Assembly (NCBI RefSeq): GCF_001194135.2
Contig: NC_068992.1
Coordinates: 64,221,032 to 64,285,031 of the forward strand
Direction of reading: 5' to 3'
Origin: Octopus bimaculoides
Lineage: Eukaryota
DNA: 64,000 nt
Positions 12,030 through 24,392 of the stretch are shown one piece after another. A program made the position numbers and the translations under genes. How positions within the stretch are numbered: position 1 is the first letter of the stretch; each line of letters opens with the position of its first letter. Under the pieces are notes generated by a model. The model ran no database searches. It was given only the letters and a program-made list of their open reading frames with translations, and had not been told where the DNA came from.

Positions 12030-12356
12030 ATTCAGTTCTATATTTAAGAGACGAGGAGTTATGTACATTATTTACATTTGATGGATATTTGTCCTCATCT
12101 TGTTTGTTGTTAACACAACATTTCAGCTGATATACCCTCCAGCCTTCATCAGGTGTTTGGGGGAAATTTCAAACCTGGATTCTCATTCCTAAGGTATTTT
12201 TCAAATATTATTATTATTATTATTATTATTATCATTATTCAGGTCACTGTCTGCAATCGAACTTGGAATTTTGGTGTTAGTAGCCCTCGCTCTTAACCAC
12301 TACACCATAATATCGAAAAATAAGATGAGGACAAATATCCATCAAATGTAAATAAT
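12030..12356 (-). mobile_element. Composite element: tRNA-derived head + (AAT)n + hammerhead-bearing Penelope-like tail, with 35-bp terminal inverted copy
   Basis: A-box-like TGGTGTAGTGG and B-box-like AGTTCGATT at about 12309-12241; perfect 35-bp IR 12067-12101 / 12322-12356. Confidence 0.6.
12112..12157 (-). ncRNA. Type I hammerhead ribozyme motif, degenerate at two positions
   Basis: Minus strand AACAC-CTGATGA-A-GGCTG-gagggtatat-CAGCT-GAAA-TGTT-GTGTT. Stem I AACAC/GTGTT and stem II GGCTG/CAGCT pair. Confidence 0.65.
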
Positions 12357-13407
12357 TGTAACATGGCAGTGCCATATATATATATAGAGAGAGAGAGCAC
12401 CCCATGCTGGTGCCACATAAAAAGCATGCAGTACACTCTGTAAAATGATTGGTGTTAAGAAGGGCATCCAGCTGTAGAAACCCGACAATCAGAGTCTGGT
12501 GCAGCTCTCTGGCTGGCCATCACCTGCTAAACTGTCCAAACCATGCCAGAGTGAAAACAGACGTTAAATGACGATGATGAGGATACAATTCTACCTGCCA
12601 AGTATTTGTTTTATTTGACAACCTCACTGGTATCTGTGTGAAAAACATCTGAAATCTGCAACACTTTCAGTCCCAGGAATTTCAGGATAAGGGATCCTCA
12701 ACTGTAATATGTTGTGTCCCCCCCAATATTTTCTTTTCTAATTACAGCTTTGTAAGTTAAGCTGGGAGACTTTGGTCCTTCAGTATAAAAGTATTGTTGT
12801 TTAGCCCAAGGTCAATCTTAATTGAGCAAACACATACTTAAATGGAATTGCAGCTGCGAGTCCAATGCCGAGACAAGATTTGAATACTTGCAAGTATTTC
12901 AATGTTGTCTCTTGAACATGTATCTATTTAGGGAAAGATCCTTCTAGAAGAAAAAAAAAATTTAAACTGGTAGGCCTATCTTTACCTATGGTCATCAGTA
13001 CTGGATAATGACCAGAAGAGAACAACCACAAACACAAGCGGTCAAACAGGAGGTTCCACAAAAGGAACTCTGGAGTAATGTTACTTGAGAGGGTGCATAG
13101 CTCGGAGTAGTGACCTGACCTCCAGGTCAGGTCACTACTTCTCCACACTGAGAGGTCAAGACTGGTGTTACAGACATGTAACTAGAATGTTGCAAGAAAA
13201 ATTTTTCAAGTCAAGTCGACTGGAGTAAGACGTCGGGATAATATCCATAGTCACAATTGGTCAAGCTTGGGAATCCAGCCAGAAAAAGTAAAGATGGTTG
13301 CTTCTGTTAGACTATACCTCAACAACCCTCCCGGGAACAGTGGGTGGAAAAGATGGATGGATAAATGGAAATGATAGGTCTGAAAGTAATTCAATAACAT
13401 CACTCAC

Positions 13408-13515
13408 TACATTCTAAAAACGGATCCAGTCTTGAAAATATCATGTTGATAAATACAATGACATCAGTGGGAAGTTGCTGATCCTTGAATCCAAAACAAA
13501 CCAATTTTCGTAAAA
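13408..13515 (-). CDS. IPO11: Importin-11 coding exon 6 (108 nt)
   Basis: Acceptor ttttacag; (V)LRKLVCFGFKDQQLPTDVIVFINMIFSRLDPFLEC(R); GTGAGT donor; phase 1 to 1. Confidence 0.93.
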
Positions 13516-14244
13516 CTGTAAAAACAGAAATAGAAACAATAACAACATGTTATACATACAAGAGATAAGAAATAGGACGAGTAAGGAGGAGATTTTTTTT
13601 TCAAGGGCTCATTAAACAAAGATCAGATACCAAGCTAAGATCATAAGAGATGCCGGTAAGAAGTTTGCTTCCCAACCACATGGTTCTCAGTTTAGTCCCA
13701 CTGCGTGGCACCTTGGGCAAGTTTCTTCCACTATAGCCTTGGGCTGACCCCAAAGCTTTCCAAGTGGATTCAGTAGATGGAAACTGAAAGAAGCTGGTCA
13801 TATGTGTGTGTGTGTGTGTGTGTGTTTGTCCCCCACTACCACCACTGCATGACAACAGGTATTGGGTGTTTTCATCTCTGTAACTTAACAGTTCGGCAAA
13901 CATAATACCAGGGTTTAAAGAAAAGAAAAAATAAGCATTGGGATAGATTCATTGAACTAAAAAACGTTCAGGGTGGTGCCCCAACATGGTCTCAGTCTAA
14001 TAACTGAAACAAGTCAAAGAAAAAAAAAATGTAAAAATAATGGCTTCAAAATTTAGCACAAGGTCAGCAATTTTGAAAGGAGAGGATTAGCCAATACAAC
14101 CAAATCCAGTATTGGATTAGTACATTATTCTATTGACCCAGAGGAATGAAAGGCCAAATTGAATTTGATCTCCAAGTGTAAAGAGTTGGGAAAAATACTG
14201 CAAAGCATTTCACCCGATGCCCTAATAATTACCAGCTTGCTGCC

Positions 14245-14307
<63 letters not shown>

Positions 14308-14589
14308 TCTTAAATTTTGTTAAATAGCCAGCAATTTTTAGTAGGAAGTGGAGGTGATTGACCACTTTAACCTCAGTTCCTGTTACTTTGTTTTGTCAAC
14401 TCTGAAAAGGCAAAACTGACCTTCATGGGATTTGAACTCAGAATGTAAAGAGCCTGAAGAAATGCTGCTAAACCTTGCATCTGATGTGCTAGCAATTCTG
14501 CTAACTTGTCACTTTCATAATAATAGCAATAACAACAAGAGCACTCAGAAAGTGCACACCTCCGCCAAGACAACACCAACATCTTCTCA

Positions 14590-14870
14590 ACAATTAGCTG
14601 GAGATGATTTTTAAAATGAGAATACTAAAAATGAACCTGACCACTCTCAAAAATTAAGTAAAAAAACAGGAAAAAATAATCCAGAACCCTTATCCGGTGC
14701 CAGATGAATCCCAAAATCTAAGCCGTTTGTGCCAGTCACAAGGCTAAACATCCCTGAAAGTTTCATCCGAATCCATCCACTGGTTCTTGAGATATCTTGT
14801 CCATGGACAAACAAACCTGACTGAAAACAATACCTCTGCCTTCACCAAGGTGGAGGTAATAACAACAAAA
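14590..14870. repeat. Unclassified interspersed repeat, second copy at about 53920-54160
   Basis: Shared GAATACTAAAAATGAACCTGACCACTCTCAAAAATTAAG ... ACTGAAAACAATACCTC.GCCTTC.C.AAGGTGGA. Confidence 0.75.
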
Positions 14871-16276
14871 ATAATAATGGTTTCAAATTTTAGTACAAGG
14901 CCAGTAATTTCAAGTTCCATTACACTGACCAGGTACTTACTTTATCGACCCAGAAAGGATGAAAGGCTAAGTTGACCTTCGCAGAATTTGAACTCAGAAT
15001 GTAAAGATGGATGAAATGCTGCCTGGGAATCAACCTAAATACTAATTTTTTTAAGCCTAGTGCTTTTCTATCATTCCCTTTAGCTGAACTGCTAAGTTAC
15101 AGGGATGTAAACACACCAACACCAGTTGTCAAGTGGTGGCAGGGTGGGGGCACATACACAAAGACAAAACACACATAATGTATAAATATTTACAAAAGGC
15201 TTCTTTCAGTTTCCATCTACAAAATCCACTTCCAACACTTTGGTTGACCTGACACTATAATAGAAGACACTTGCCCTGTATATATACACACACACATACA
15301 CACATATATATAAGAATATAAGGATAAAAATCAGTACAGTAGTTAAGTGGTTGGCATTAGGAAGGGCATCCAGCCATAGAAACCATGCCACAACAGATAG
15401 CTGAGGTCTGGACAGCTCCCTGCTAGCCAGCTCCATGTTAAATTGACCAACCCATGCCAGCATCAAAAGCAGACATTAAATGATGATGATGATGGTGTGT
15501 GTGTGTGTGTGTGTGTGATCATCGTTTAACGTCCACTTTCCATGCTGGTATGGGTTGGACGATTTGACTGAGGACTGGCGAACCAGATGGCTACACCAGG
15601 CTCCAATCTGATTTGGCAGAGTTTCTATAGCTGGATGCCCTTCCCAATGCCAACCACTCCGAGAGTGTAGTGGGTGCTTTTACATGCCACTAGCATGAAG
15701 GCCAGTCAAGCGGTACTGGAAAAGGCCACGCTCAAAATGGTGTAACACACACACATATATACATACATACATACACACACACATATATACATACATACAT
15801 ACACACACACATATATATATACACACACACATATATATACATACACATATATATATATACATACACACACACACATATATACATACATACATACACACAC
15901 ACACACATATATATACATACATACACACACACACACACAATGAGCTTCCCCACTGTTTCCACCAACCAAATTTGCTAAAAAGGCATCGGGTAGATCAGGG
16001 TTTTAGCAGGTGTTGCTGAAGAGTGATACTGAACCTGCAACCAAGCAGTGGCAAAGCCAATTTCTTAATAATCACACAGACATGTCTGTGCCTAAAACAG
16101 GAAATTCCAATGACCAAACCTAGGGTTTTTCACATGCAGAGAAAAACACTTTACCACTGAATTGCATCTCTGCAACAAGTTTGACCACAGAGGATCTTTA
16201 TTCTTCAGGAACGGAAAGGAATCGAAGGAAGCATTCTAAGGAATATAACAGCGATTGTAATCAAATGCAAACTCAC

Positions 16277-16406
16277 CTTTGAGCCCTAAAATACTTTTGT
16301 CCAAGGATTCTAATACACCATCCTCGTACTTTGACGCAAGCTGCAGAAAGGTCTCCATGTGCGTATTCCACAAGTTCAGCACATATGAAAACAAGTTGTC
16401 CGCTAC
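16277..16406 (-). CDS. IPO11: Importin-11 coding exon 5 (130 nt)
   Basis: Acceptor tgtgtag; VADNLFSYVLNLWNTHMETFLQLASKYEDGVLESLDKSILGLK(V); GTGAGT donor; phase 0 to 1. Confidence 0.93.
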
Positions 16407-16524
16407 CTACACACAACGAGACACAAACAAACACATATATGTATGTGAACAAATATGAAATAGAAGCAGTGCTAGTCTAGTAAACGTTACCAACCACACA
16501 TATTTTATGTACACGGTTTGTGTG

Positions 16525-16642
16525 TTTGCCGGTAGGATGCAGTTTGGCATGGTGGAGTTCACTCTCTCAAAGTGCCAGGTTTTAACACCTGGCACTTTGA
16601 GGAAGTAAGCTCCACCATGCCAAATTGCAGCCTACCAGCAAA
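16525..16642. repeat. Hairpin, about 56-bp stem with 6-nt loop
   Basis: 16528-16579 versus reverse complement of 16588-16639: 45/52 identical. Confidence 0.85.
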
Positions 16643-16680
16643 GATATGGGGTATATGCATTAAATATGTGTGGTTGATAA

Positions 16681-16900
16681 TATGAACGGGTGCTAAAAAA
16701 TTCTTGGTTTTGGGAAAAGAAAATACAGGAGGATCAGTTAATTATGATTTTATTCAACACATTCCCTTCTCAGATTCACATACTAATTGCAGCGGCCTTT
16801 CAGTTTTTCTAAGCCCTGTAAAAGAAATTGGAAGGTTGGACCTCCAAGCAGGCCATTCGTGATACCCTTAAAGCCAGGAACTTTTCAGCGCTTCTTGTTA
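16681..16900. mobile_element. Tc1/mariner-type MITE
   Basis: TA flanks; degenerate TIRs matching TACGAGGGGGTGCTGAAAAGTTCCTGGCTTT, whose intact form occurs at 25979-26024. Confidence 0.7.
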
Positions 16901-19900
16901 TATGTGTACATAGAATCATAAGAAATGTTAGCAAGGTTTTATTTATATGAGACAAATCGATATCTAAGGAAGGACGTTTTTCCCCTAAAATAACCAGGTT
17001 TGCATCAGTTTTGCTGTTGTTCAGTTCCAAGTTCCTAGTTGCCCCTAATCCTGCGGACCAAAAACGATCAAAAGCATTCCTAGTGTGACCATCCCATCTT
17101 TTTTTTTATCCACACAATGGTACCTTTGTTGGCTGGGGGTAGAGGTGAGAGTACTTTTTCAGAGAATGGTAGGAGTGGGAGGGGTAATGTTCCACTCATT
17201 CTACATTAAAGGGTTGTAATTATTGCAATGATTCTGTGTAGGTTATATGTACGACCAAGTTTAACACCAACACACGGTCTTTGGGTGGTATGCTAGCACA
17301 CTGGTTTGTGCCTTCTGTCATGACCATGTTCTGATCATTGGACTGCAGCCATGCTGGGGCACTGCCCTGAAAGGTTTAGTAGAACAAATCAGACCCAGTA
17401 CTTGTGTTTTCTAAGTTTGGTACTTCTATTGGTCTCTGTTTGCTGAACTGCTAAATTACAGGGATGTCAACAAACCAATACTAGTTGTCAAACAGTGAGG
17501 CAGGAGACAAACACACAATGATGATGATGATGATATATATATGGATATATGGCATTAGATAGGGCTTCCAGCTGTAGAAACCATGCCAAAACAGACAATG
17601 GAGTCTGACAGCTCCTGTCAAACCATTCAACCCGTGCCAGTATGGAAAATAGATGTTAAACAAAGATGATGATGATGACACACATGAGGGGCTTCTTTTA
17701 GTTTCCATCTACCAAATCCACTGACAAGGCTTTGGTATGCCTGGAGCTATGTAGAAGACGGCCAAGATGCCTGGTATTAAAAAAAATTTTTTTTACAATT
17801 CTCCATATAAATGATTTGTTTTGAGAGAGAGAGATAGGGAAAGAGAGAGAATGGAAAAAAGCCACAACTAAAAGAGGAATGAAATCATAATAATGATCCG
17901 ATGTCGGAGTTCAGCCGATTGACGTGTGCCACTGCTAGCTGTACATCCTAGCAGTTTACACTATAAAGAGCCTGAGTGCGAAAAACTTGGAACCAGTGCC
18001 AACACAGAGCAGACAAAGTGTATAACAGATATGAAAGTAGTTGTTGGTTTTAGAGTGGGAGACATTGTGCAGACTTCCAGCTGCTTGGAGATATGGGAAC
18101 GGTTAATTTTGTAAATATGTCTTTTTGAATATTGAGCAGCTAGATCACCAGGCTGCATTTCTGTATTTTTCATCTCAATACAGCCGACTGTAATGTACTG
18201 ATGTTGGTGTGAGGTAGTCAGCTAGATTAAAGTTTATTAAGCTTATGGCTAAAGCAATATTTTCTACCAAGTCACCTAGTACTGTTATTTTTTTGACTTG
18301 TCTTAGTCATCAGATTGTGTTCATGCTGGGGCACTGCCTCGAAGGATTTTATTTGAATAGATCGACCTCAGTATTAACTTTTTTCGTAAGTCTGGTACTT
18401 TTTAAATTATGTCTCTTTTGCCAGACTGCTAAGTTATGAGGGATGTAAACAAACCAACAGCAGTTGTCAAGTGTTGGGAAGGAGATAAACACACACACAC
18501 ACACACACAAAACAGGCTTCCATCTACCAAAATCACTTATAAGGCATTGTTCAGACCTGGGATCTAGTAGTGCTATGCAGTGGGACTGAACCTGAACCTG
18601 TGTGGATGCAAAATAAGCTCCTTAACCACACAGCCATGTTGGGAACTTTTGTAACAAAACCTTGTTACCAGGAAGTTTGTATCATAGAACCAGGGCAGTC
18701 TCAGACAGGTTGATGTAAAAAGGGTTGAATGAAACCCAAAGAAACGAGGGATCTACGTGGTAGTATCAATAGCCAACCTACACTGTCCAATCTCACCCCT
18801 TAGACATGGAGTTTGGACCACTGTGGCTCTGTAGGCTAAGACTGCTGTGGTGACCAGCAAGCTGTGGGTTTTACATTGAAGTGGCCTTCTCAGGCAAATT
18901 TGCCTTAAAGGCCCAGGAAGTTCCACCTACCCTGGAATTATCAAAGAAGGCATCAGACTGCCTAAAGGGCTCCACTTCTTAGTTACTGTCAAGGCTGATT
19001 CCTTAAGCCATTTCCTTTCCCAAGACACTCAGAAGGCAGTGAGGGTTTCTGCTTAGAGTTTCTTCCATAACATGCTAATTAAACCGCAGCTGGGACCGTA
19101 ACAGGTGCTGCTATTCCTGGTCAGAGTAGACCTGGGGACCTTAGTGGCTAAGAAGCAGTTCGACACCCCTCAAAACTCTAGAACTCTCAAAACCAGAGCC
19201 CCACTACTGGATTCAGTTTAAAGTCACACCTAAGACTATATCTAATGTACAGTATGTATACCATATATCTTGGTATCTTTATTTCAGACATAATGTATGT
19301 AGGACAACATTACCCAATGTTTCCTCCAAATTTTGCTTGTTTTCAAGACAATAGTTAATGAGGTTGTGATTTGAGAGAGGGATTTAACTGCTGTTTCTAA
19401 CAGGTCGACAGAACAGTAATTCCTCTGCACCGTGAGGAAATGTCTGATTAATTTTCGCATTCCCTGCAAAAGTAATATCACATCTGATGATGAAAATATC
19501 AGTTTTCTAAGAACTAATTTATCTTTTCAAAGTAAAACCACATCCTGTAATGTAGAATAATAAAGACCTCATTATTTTTAAGAGTGAATTTTATTCTGAA
19601 AACTGATTCTAATAAAAGTAGATCTCTTTTTAGGCACTTCTGCCTCTCATCATTCCATGTCATCTTTCTCTTGTCTTCCGCCCTGTCAATTGTATCATTA
19701 TTACTATCCAGCTGCTTCCCACCCTGACCTCTCGACCTTCCCCAACACATGCATTATTAATCATCCCCAACCCCTTATCCACCCTTCAATCCTACCCAAT
19801 CTTTAGTTGTTGCCTACCTCCCATCCCCCCGTTCCTCCATCTCTTGCTCCCCACACTCCCATAATATCCCCCACCATATTAGTTCCTCTGTCCCCACTTA

Positions 19901-20881
19901 ACTCTTATCATCATATACCTTGAGGAACCACCTGGATACCTTATACCTCAAGGGGCAACTAGTCATCTCATTGCTATTATTTCGTTGCAGTTCTTGCTCA
20001 GCACTTTTACCCTCTTCCACACGTGAGTAGCCATGTAGCTTTTCTACAAATACATGCCCTGCCCCCACCCTCACCCCTCCTAGCATAAAGACCACCCCAT
20101 TCTCCATCCCTGGGGAGGAGGTTGCATGGCAGCCTCACTAGCACTGGTGACATGGAAAAAGCACCCAGCACACACTGTGAAGTGGTTGGCAGTAGAAAGA
20201 GCATCCAGCCTTAAAAACAAGATCAAAGCAGATAAAAGCAAACAATGCAGGCCTTGGGCCTAGACCCTGCCAAACTGTCCAACCCATGCCAGCATGGAAC
20301 ATGGATGTTAAATGATGATGATATATAATAAAAATATGGAGGCACAGGCATCGCTGTATCGTTAAGAAGTTGGTTTCCCAAGAATGTGACTCAGGTTCAG
20401 TCCCACTGCATGGCATCTTGGGAGTGTGTCTCCTATAGCCATAGGCCAGCCAAGACCATGCAAGTGCATCTGGTAGATGGAATCTAAAAGAAACCCATCG
20501 CACATGCGTGCATGCAAGTGAATGAGTTTGTGTCTCTTCATCCTGGTGCCACACAATAGATGTAAATGGGCATCAAAATCATTCAAGCGTTGTTACTCGT
20601 TTTCAGTCTTCCATGAAAACATGTCAGGTCACAGGAAAATATTACCTTTGCTTGGAAACATGAGCTTTGGTGATTTGCCTCCACGAATTCCAGACAGCCC
20701 ATGCAAGCATGGAAAAGTGGTAATTGAAATGGAAATGATGATCTACATTTTCCCCTCTTGATTTCACTCCCTGCAATGCCATCTTGCAAGCACCCCAGGG
20801 GCAGAACGCCTGATATAGGATCTCCCTCTTTGGCTTATATGATATAAAGTAGATGGGAAAAACAAAAAGAAAGACACTCAC

Positions 20882-21085
20882 TTCTTCAAAGAGCTTGCGG
20901 TCAGCCATGAGACGTTTTGAAGCCAGCGACTTAATGACATGATGCAGCACAAGGAGGGAACGTTCTTGTAGCAGCCTATCATTACAACGCACAACCATTA
21001 ACAGTGTGGGGATTAGCTCAGGCCAATACCTCGGGCAGTCCATACGAGCTATCTTACCAATGAGGACAGCAAGCTGGGTAGCAAC
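20882..21085 (-). CDS. IPO11: Importin-11 coding exon 4 (204 nt)
   Basis: Acceptor ttttccag; VATQLAVLIGKIARMDCPRYWPELIPTLLMVVRCNDRLLQERSLLVLHHVIKSLASKRLMADRKLFEE; GTGAGT donor; phase 0 to 0. Confidence 0.97.
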
Positions 21086-21874
21086 CTGGAAAACACAAGA
21101 CACAATAGGATGAGAGAGAACAATAGTAGTAGTAATAACAGTTTCAAATTTCGGCACAAGGCCTGGAATTTTAGAGGAGGGGACAAGCTGATGACATCCA
21201 CCCCAGTGTTTCACTAGTACTCACTTCATTGGCTCTGAAAGGATGGAAGGCAGTTGACCGTGGCGGAATTTAAACTTGGAAATGCGAAGATGAACTAAAT
21301 GCCACTAAGCATTTTACCTAGCATTTGAACTCAGAATGTCAAAAGCCAGCAGAAATATTGCAAGGCATTTTGTCCTAAGTTCAAATGATTCCACCTAAAT
21401 AACACATCTTCACATGATATCCAAAACCACTCCGTTTTAATGCCTTCATCTTTAAATTCAAACTATCTGTCATTTTATGCTTTAGTTAAGTAATGTTCCA
21501 GACACCAGCTTAATAATGACACCACTTGTCTTTATCTTTTTTTGTTTGTCTTCTTGTGAATTCTCCCCTAATAATGACAAAGTTACACGATTAAACTTCA
21601 CCAGATGACAAGGTCATGTGGCTCAATGGCAGGAATAACACATGGAGTCACATACATACATCACAGACTGGCACAATCTGTCAGGGAGCAAGTGGCTGGG
21701 AAGCAAACCCCTTAGTCCCACAGATATGCCGAGACCTCAGCAAATTCCTGATAATTCTTTAGCAAAATTAACTGAAACACACACACACACAAAGGTTGTT
21801 TTATTTCAATTGAAATATGAAGATGAACAGCTGTGATGCCTGACTGACTGACTGTCAGCAAAGCGGGTACTCAC

Positions 21875-21947
21875 CTGTGGTACAGGCTCATTGAAGTTGT
21901 CTATTAGACGCTTCTTTAGAGCATTCTTCTCTTCTTCTGCTATGGCA
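21875..21947 (-). CDS. IPO11: Importin-11 coding exon 3 (73 nt)
   Basis: Acceptor cctttag; (N)AIAEEEKNALKKRLIDNFNEPVPQ; GTGAGT donor; phase 2 to 0. Confidence 0.95.
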
Positions 21948-24237
21948 CTAAAGGTAAAAGGAGAAAAATAGAAGAATTAAGGGTGTAGATACAAAATAAC
22001 AATGGGGAGAGAGTTTGTGAGTGTGAGAGAGAGAGAGAGTAGGAAGACAAGGAGGGATGGTAAAATGAAGAGAGGGAGGAGCATGTGTGAAAGAAAGTGG
22101 GAACATTAGTGAAATACAGGGTGAGAGAGAGAGAGAGAGAGAGTAGAAACATGAGTAAGAGAGAGAAAAGAGGGATGTATTAACAAGATAAACATGAAAT
22201 TCAAACTCCCAAACAGCATTTGTACACATTAAGTTGTAAAGTAATTGGATGACACTAAACAGTGTAGATCATCTCATTATCATCATTTAATGCCCGCCTT
22301 CCATGCTGGCATGGGTTGGATGGTTGACGGGAGCTGGCCAGGCAGGAGCCTGCACCAGACTTCCGTGTCTGTTTTATGATTTTTACAGCTGCACGCCCTT
22401 CCTAACACCACTGTCATGAATTGAAGATGAGATGGGTCATCTTTGAAATTCTCAAAAAGAATTTGGGTAGGTGCTGGCAAGTTGAAATTAGCTGGTTCTT
22501 TTTTATCTAAGATTGAGGATGAGTTGACAAATGTGAAGCTTCTCCATAAGAAAAGTCACAAGATTTAATAGGTTCATAAATGTCTGTCGCTTATCTAACA
22601 TCACACTGGAGATGCCATGCTGGTGTTTTTTTCCCCACTACTCATAGCTGTGTGGTCGAGAAGTTTGCTTCTCAGCAAAATGGTTTCAAGTTTAGTCCCA
22701 CTGCACGACGCCCTTGTGAATGGACTTGGTAGACGGAAACTGAAAGAAGCCTGTCATATGTATGCATACATGCATGTATGTGACATCGTTGTCATCATCA
22801 TCATCATCATCACCATTTAACGTCTGCTCTTCATGGGTTGGATGGTTTGACATGGAGTTGACTAGCAGGCAGCTGTCCAGACTCCAACTGTCTGTTGTGG
22901 CATGGTTTCTACGGCTGGACGCCCTTCCTAACGCCATCACCTCAACAAAATGCACTGGGTGCTTTTTATGTGCCACTGGCACAAGTGCATTTATGCAGCA
23001 CTGGCACAGGTGCTTTTCATGTGACACCAGCACCTGAAGGGACAAGCCTGCATATGTGGAAAACAGCGATTTTACTTAACTTGACATGTCTTATCAAGTA
23101 CAGCAAATCACCACATCTCCTGGTCCCTAGTCATTTCCTCATTGAAGCTCAGCATCTGAAGATTCTTTCTCACTTAATAATTTGCTTGAAAACAGGCGAG
23201 GGTTTGTGACAGAGAGGGCATCCAGCCAGAGAAAGTCTGTCTGACCCTTACAAGCCTGGAAAAGTGGATGCTAAAATGATGATGATGATGATGATAGGGT
23301 ATTCTTCAGAGTACATTCCAATAAATTCCTCCAGGGAACATCCAAGAAGAATTTATTGGAATATACAGTTCCGAAGATGGACAGTCAGAGAATATCTAAA
23401 CTAAAAGCTTTGGCAAATATTTTAATTCTTTTATCTATCACTTGTTTCAGTCACTGGACTGTTGCCATGCTGGAGCACCACCTTGAAGGGATTTAGCTGA
23501 ACGAATCGACCTGAGTACTTACACTTTTAAGCCTGGTGCTCATTCTATCAGTCTCTTTTGCTGAACTGCTAAGTAACAAACAAACCAACACTGGTTGTCA
23601 AGCAGTGGTGGGGGACAAACACAAAGACACACACACAGCCATAGAAATGTTGCCAAATCAGACTGGAGCCTGGTACAGCCATCCATCTTACCAGTTCCAG
23701 TCAAACCATCTGACCCATGCCAGCATGGAAAGCAGATGTTAAATGACGATGATATATATATATCTCCACCCAACCATAAAGATTTATGCCAAACAGACCT
23801 TTCTGGTGCTGGTGCCATGTAAAAAGCACCCAGTCAACTCTGTAAAGTGGTTGGTGTTAGGAAGGGCATCCAGCAGTAAAAGCCATGCCAAACCAGGCAG
23901 TGAAGCTTGGTTCAGTTCTCTGGTTTGCCAGCTCCTGTCAAACCATTCAACCCATGTCAGCAGAGAAGAGGGATGATGGTAATATATATATGACAGATAC
24001 GACAGGCTTCTACCAGTTTGTCTATCAAATCCAGGCTATGATTGGCCTGGGGTTATAATAGAAGACACTTGCCTAAGGTGTCATGCAGTGGGATTGAACC
24101 TGAAACCCTGTGGTTGGGAAGCAAACTTCTTACCACACATCCATGCCAGCACCTTAATAACAATACAATGAATTTTTCCTAAGAGTCTTTAGAATATACT
24201 AAAATGCATTTCAACCAATCAACAGTGGAATACTTAC

Positions 24238-24338
24238 TTGGGAGCATTTCGCCGCCAGTATCGTTCAATACCATTCTTAAAGTAGAGTACAGCCAGCCAT
24301 CGTATATTAAAATCAATCTCATGATTTTGAAAGATTGT
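24238..24338 (-). CDS. IPO11: Importin-11 coding exon 2 (101 nt)
   Basis: Acceptor tttgcag; TIFQNHEIDFNIRWLAVLYFKNGIERYWRRNAP(N), IBN_N-domain motif RWLAVLYFK.G..RYWRR; GTAAGT donor; ends phase 2. Confidence 0.96.
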
Positions 24339-24392
24339 CTGCAAATTGAAGAGAAAAGGAAAATTATTAAAATAAACCACACAAGATTTTAG

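Noticed and set aside
19284-19481. ORF GMRKLIRHFLTV... with plausible acceptor and donor, as an extra IPO11 exon
   Set aside because: No similarity to importin-11. Exons 4 and 5 already join in phase. Part of it matches a repeat segment also seen near 35030 and 39090.
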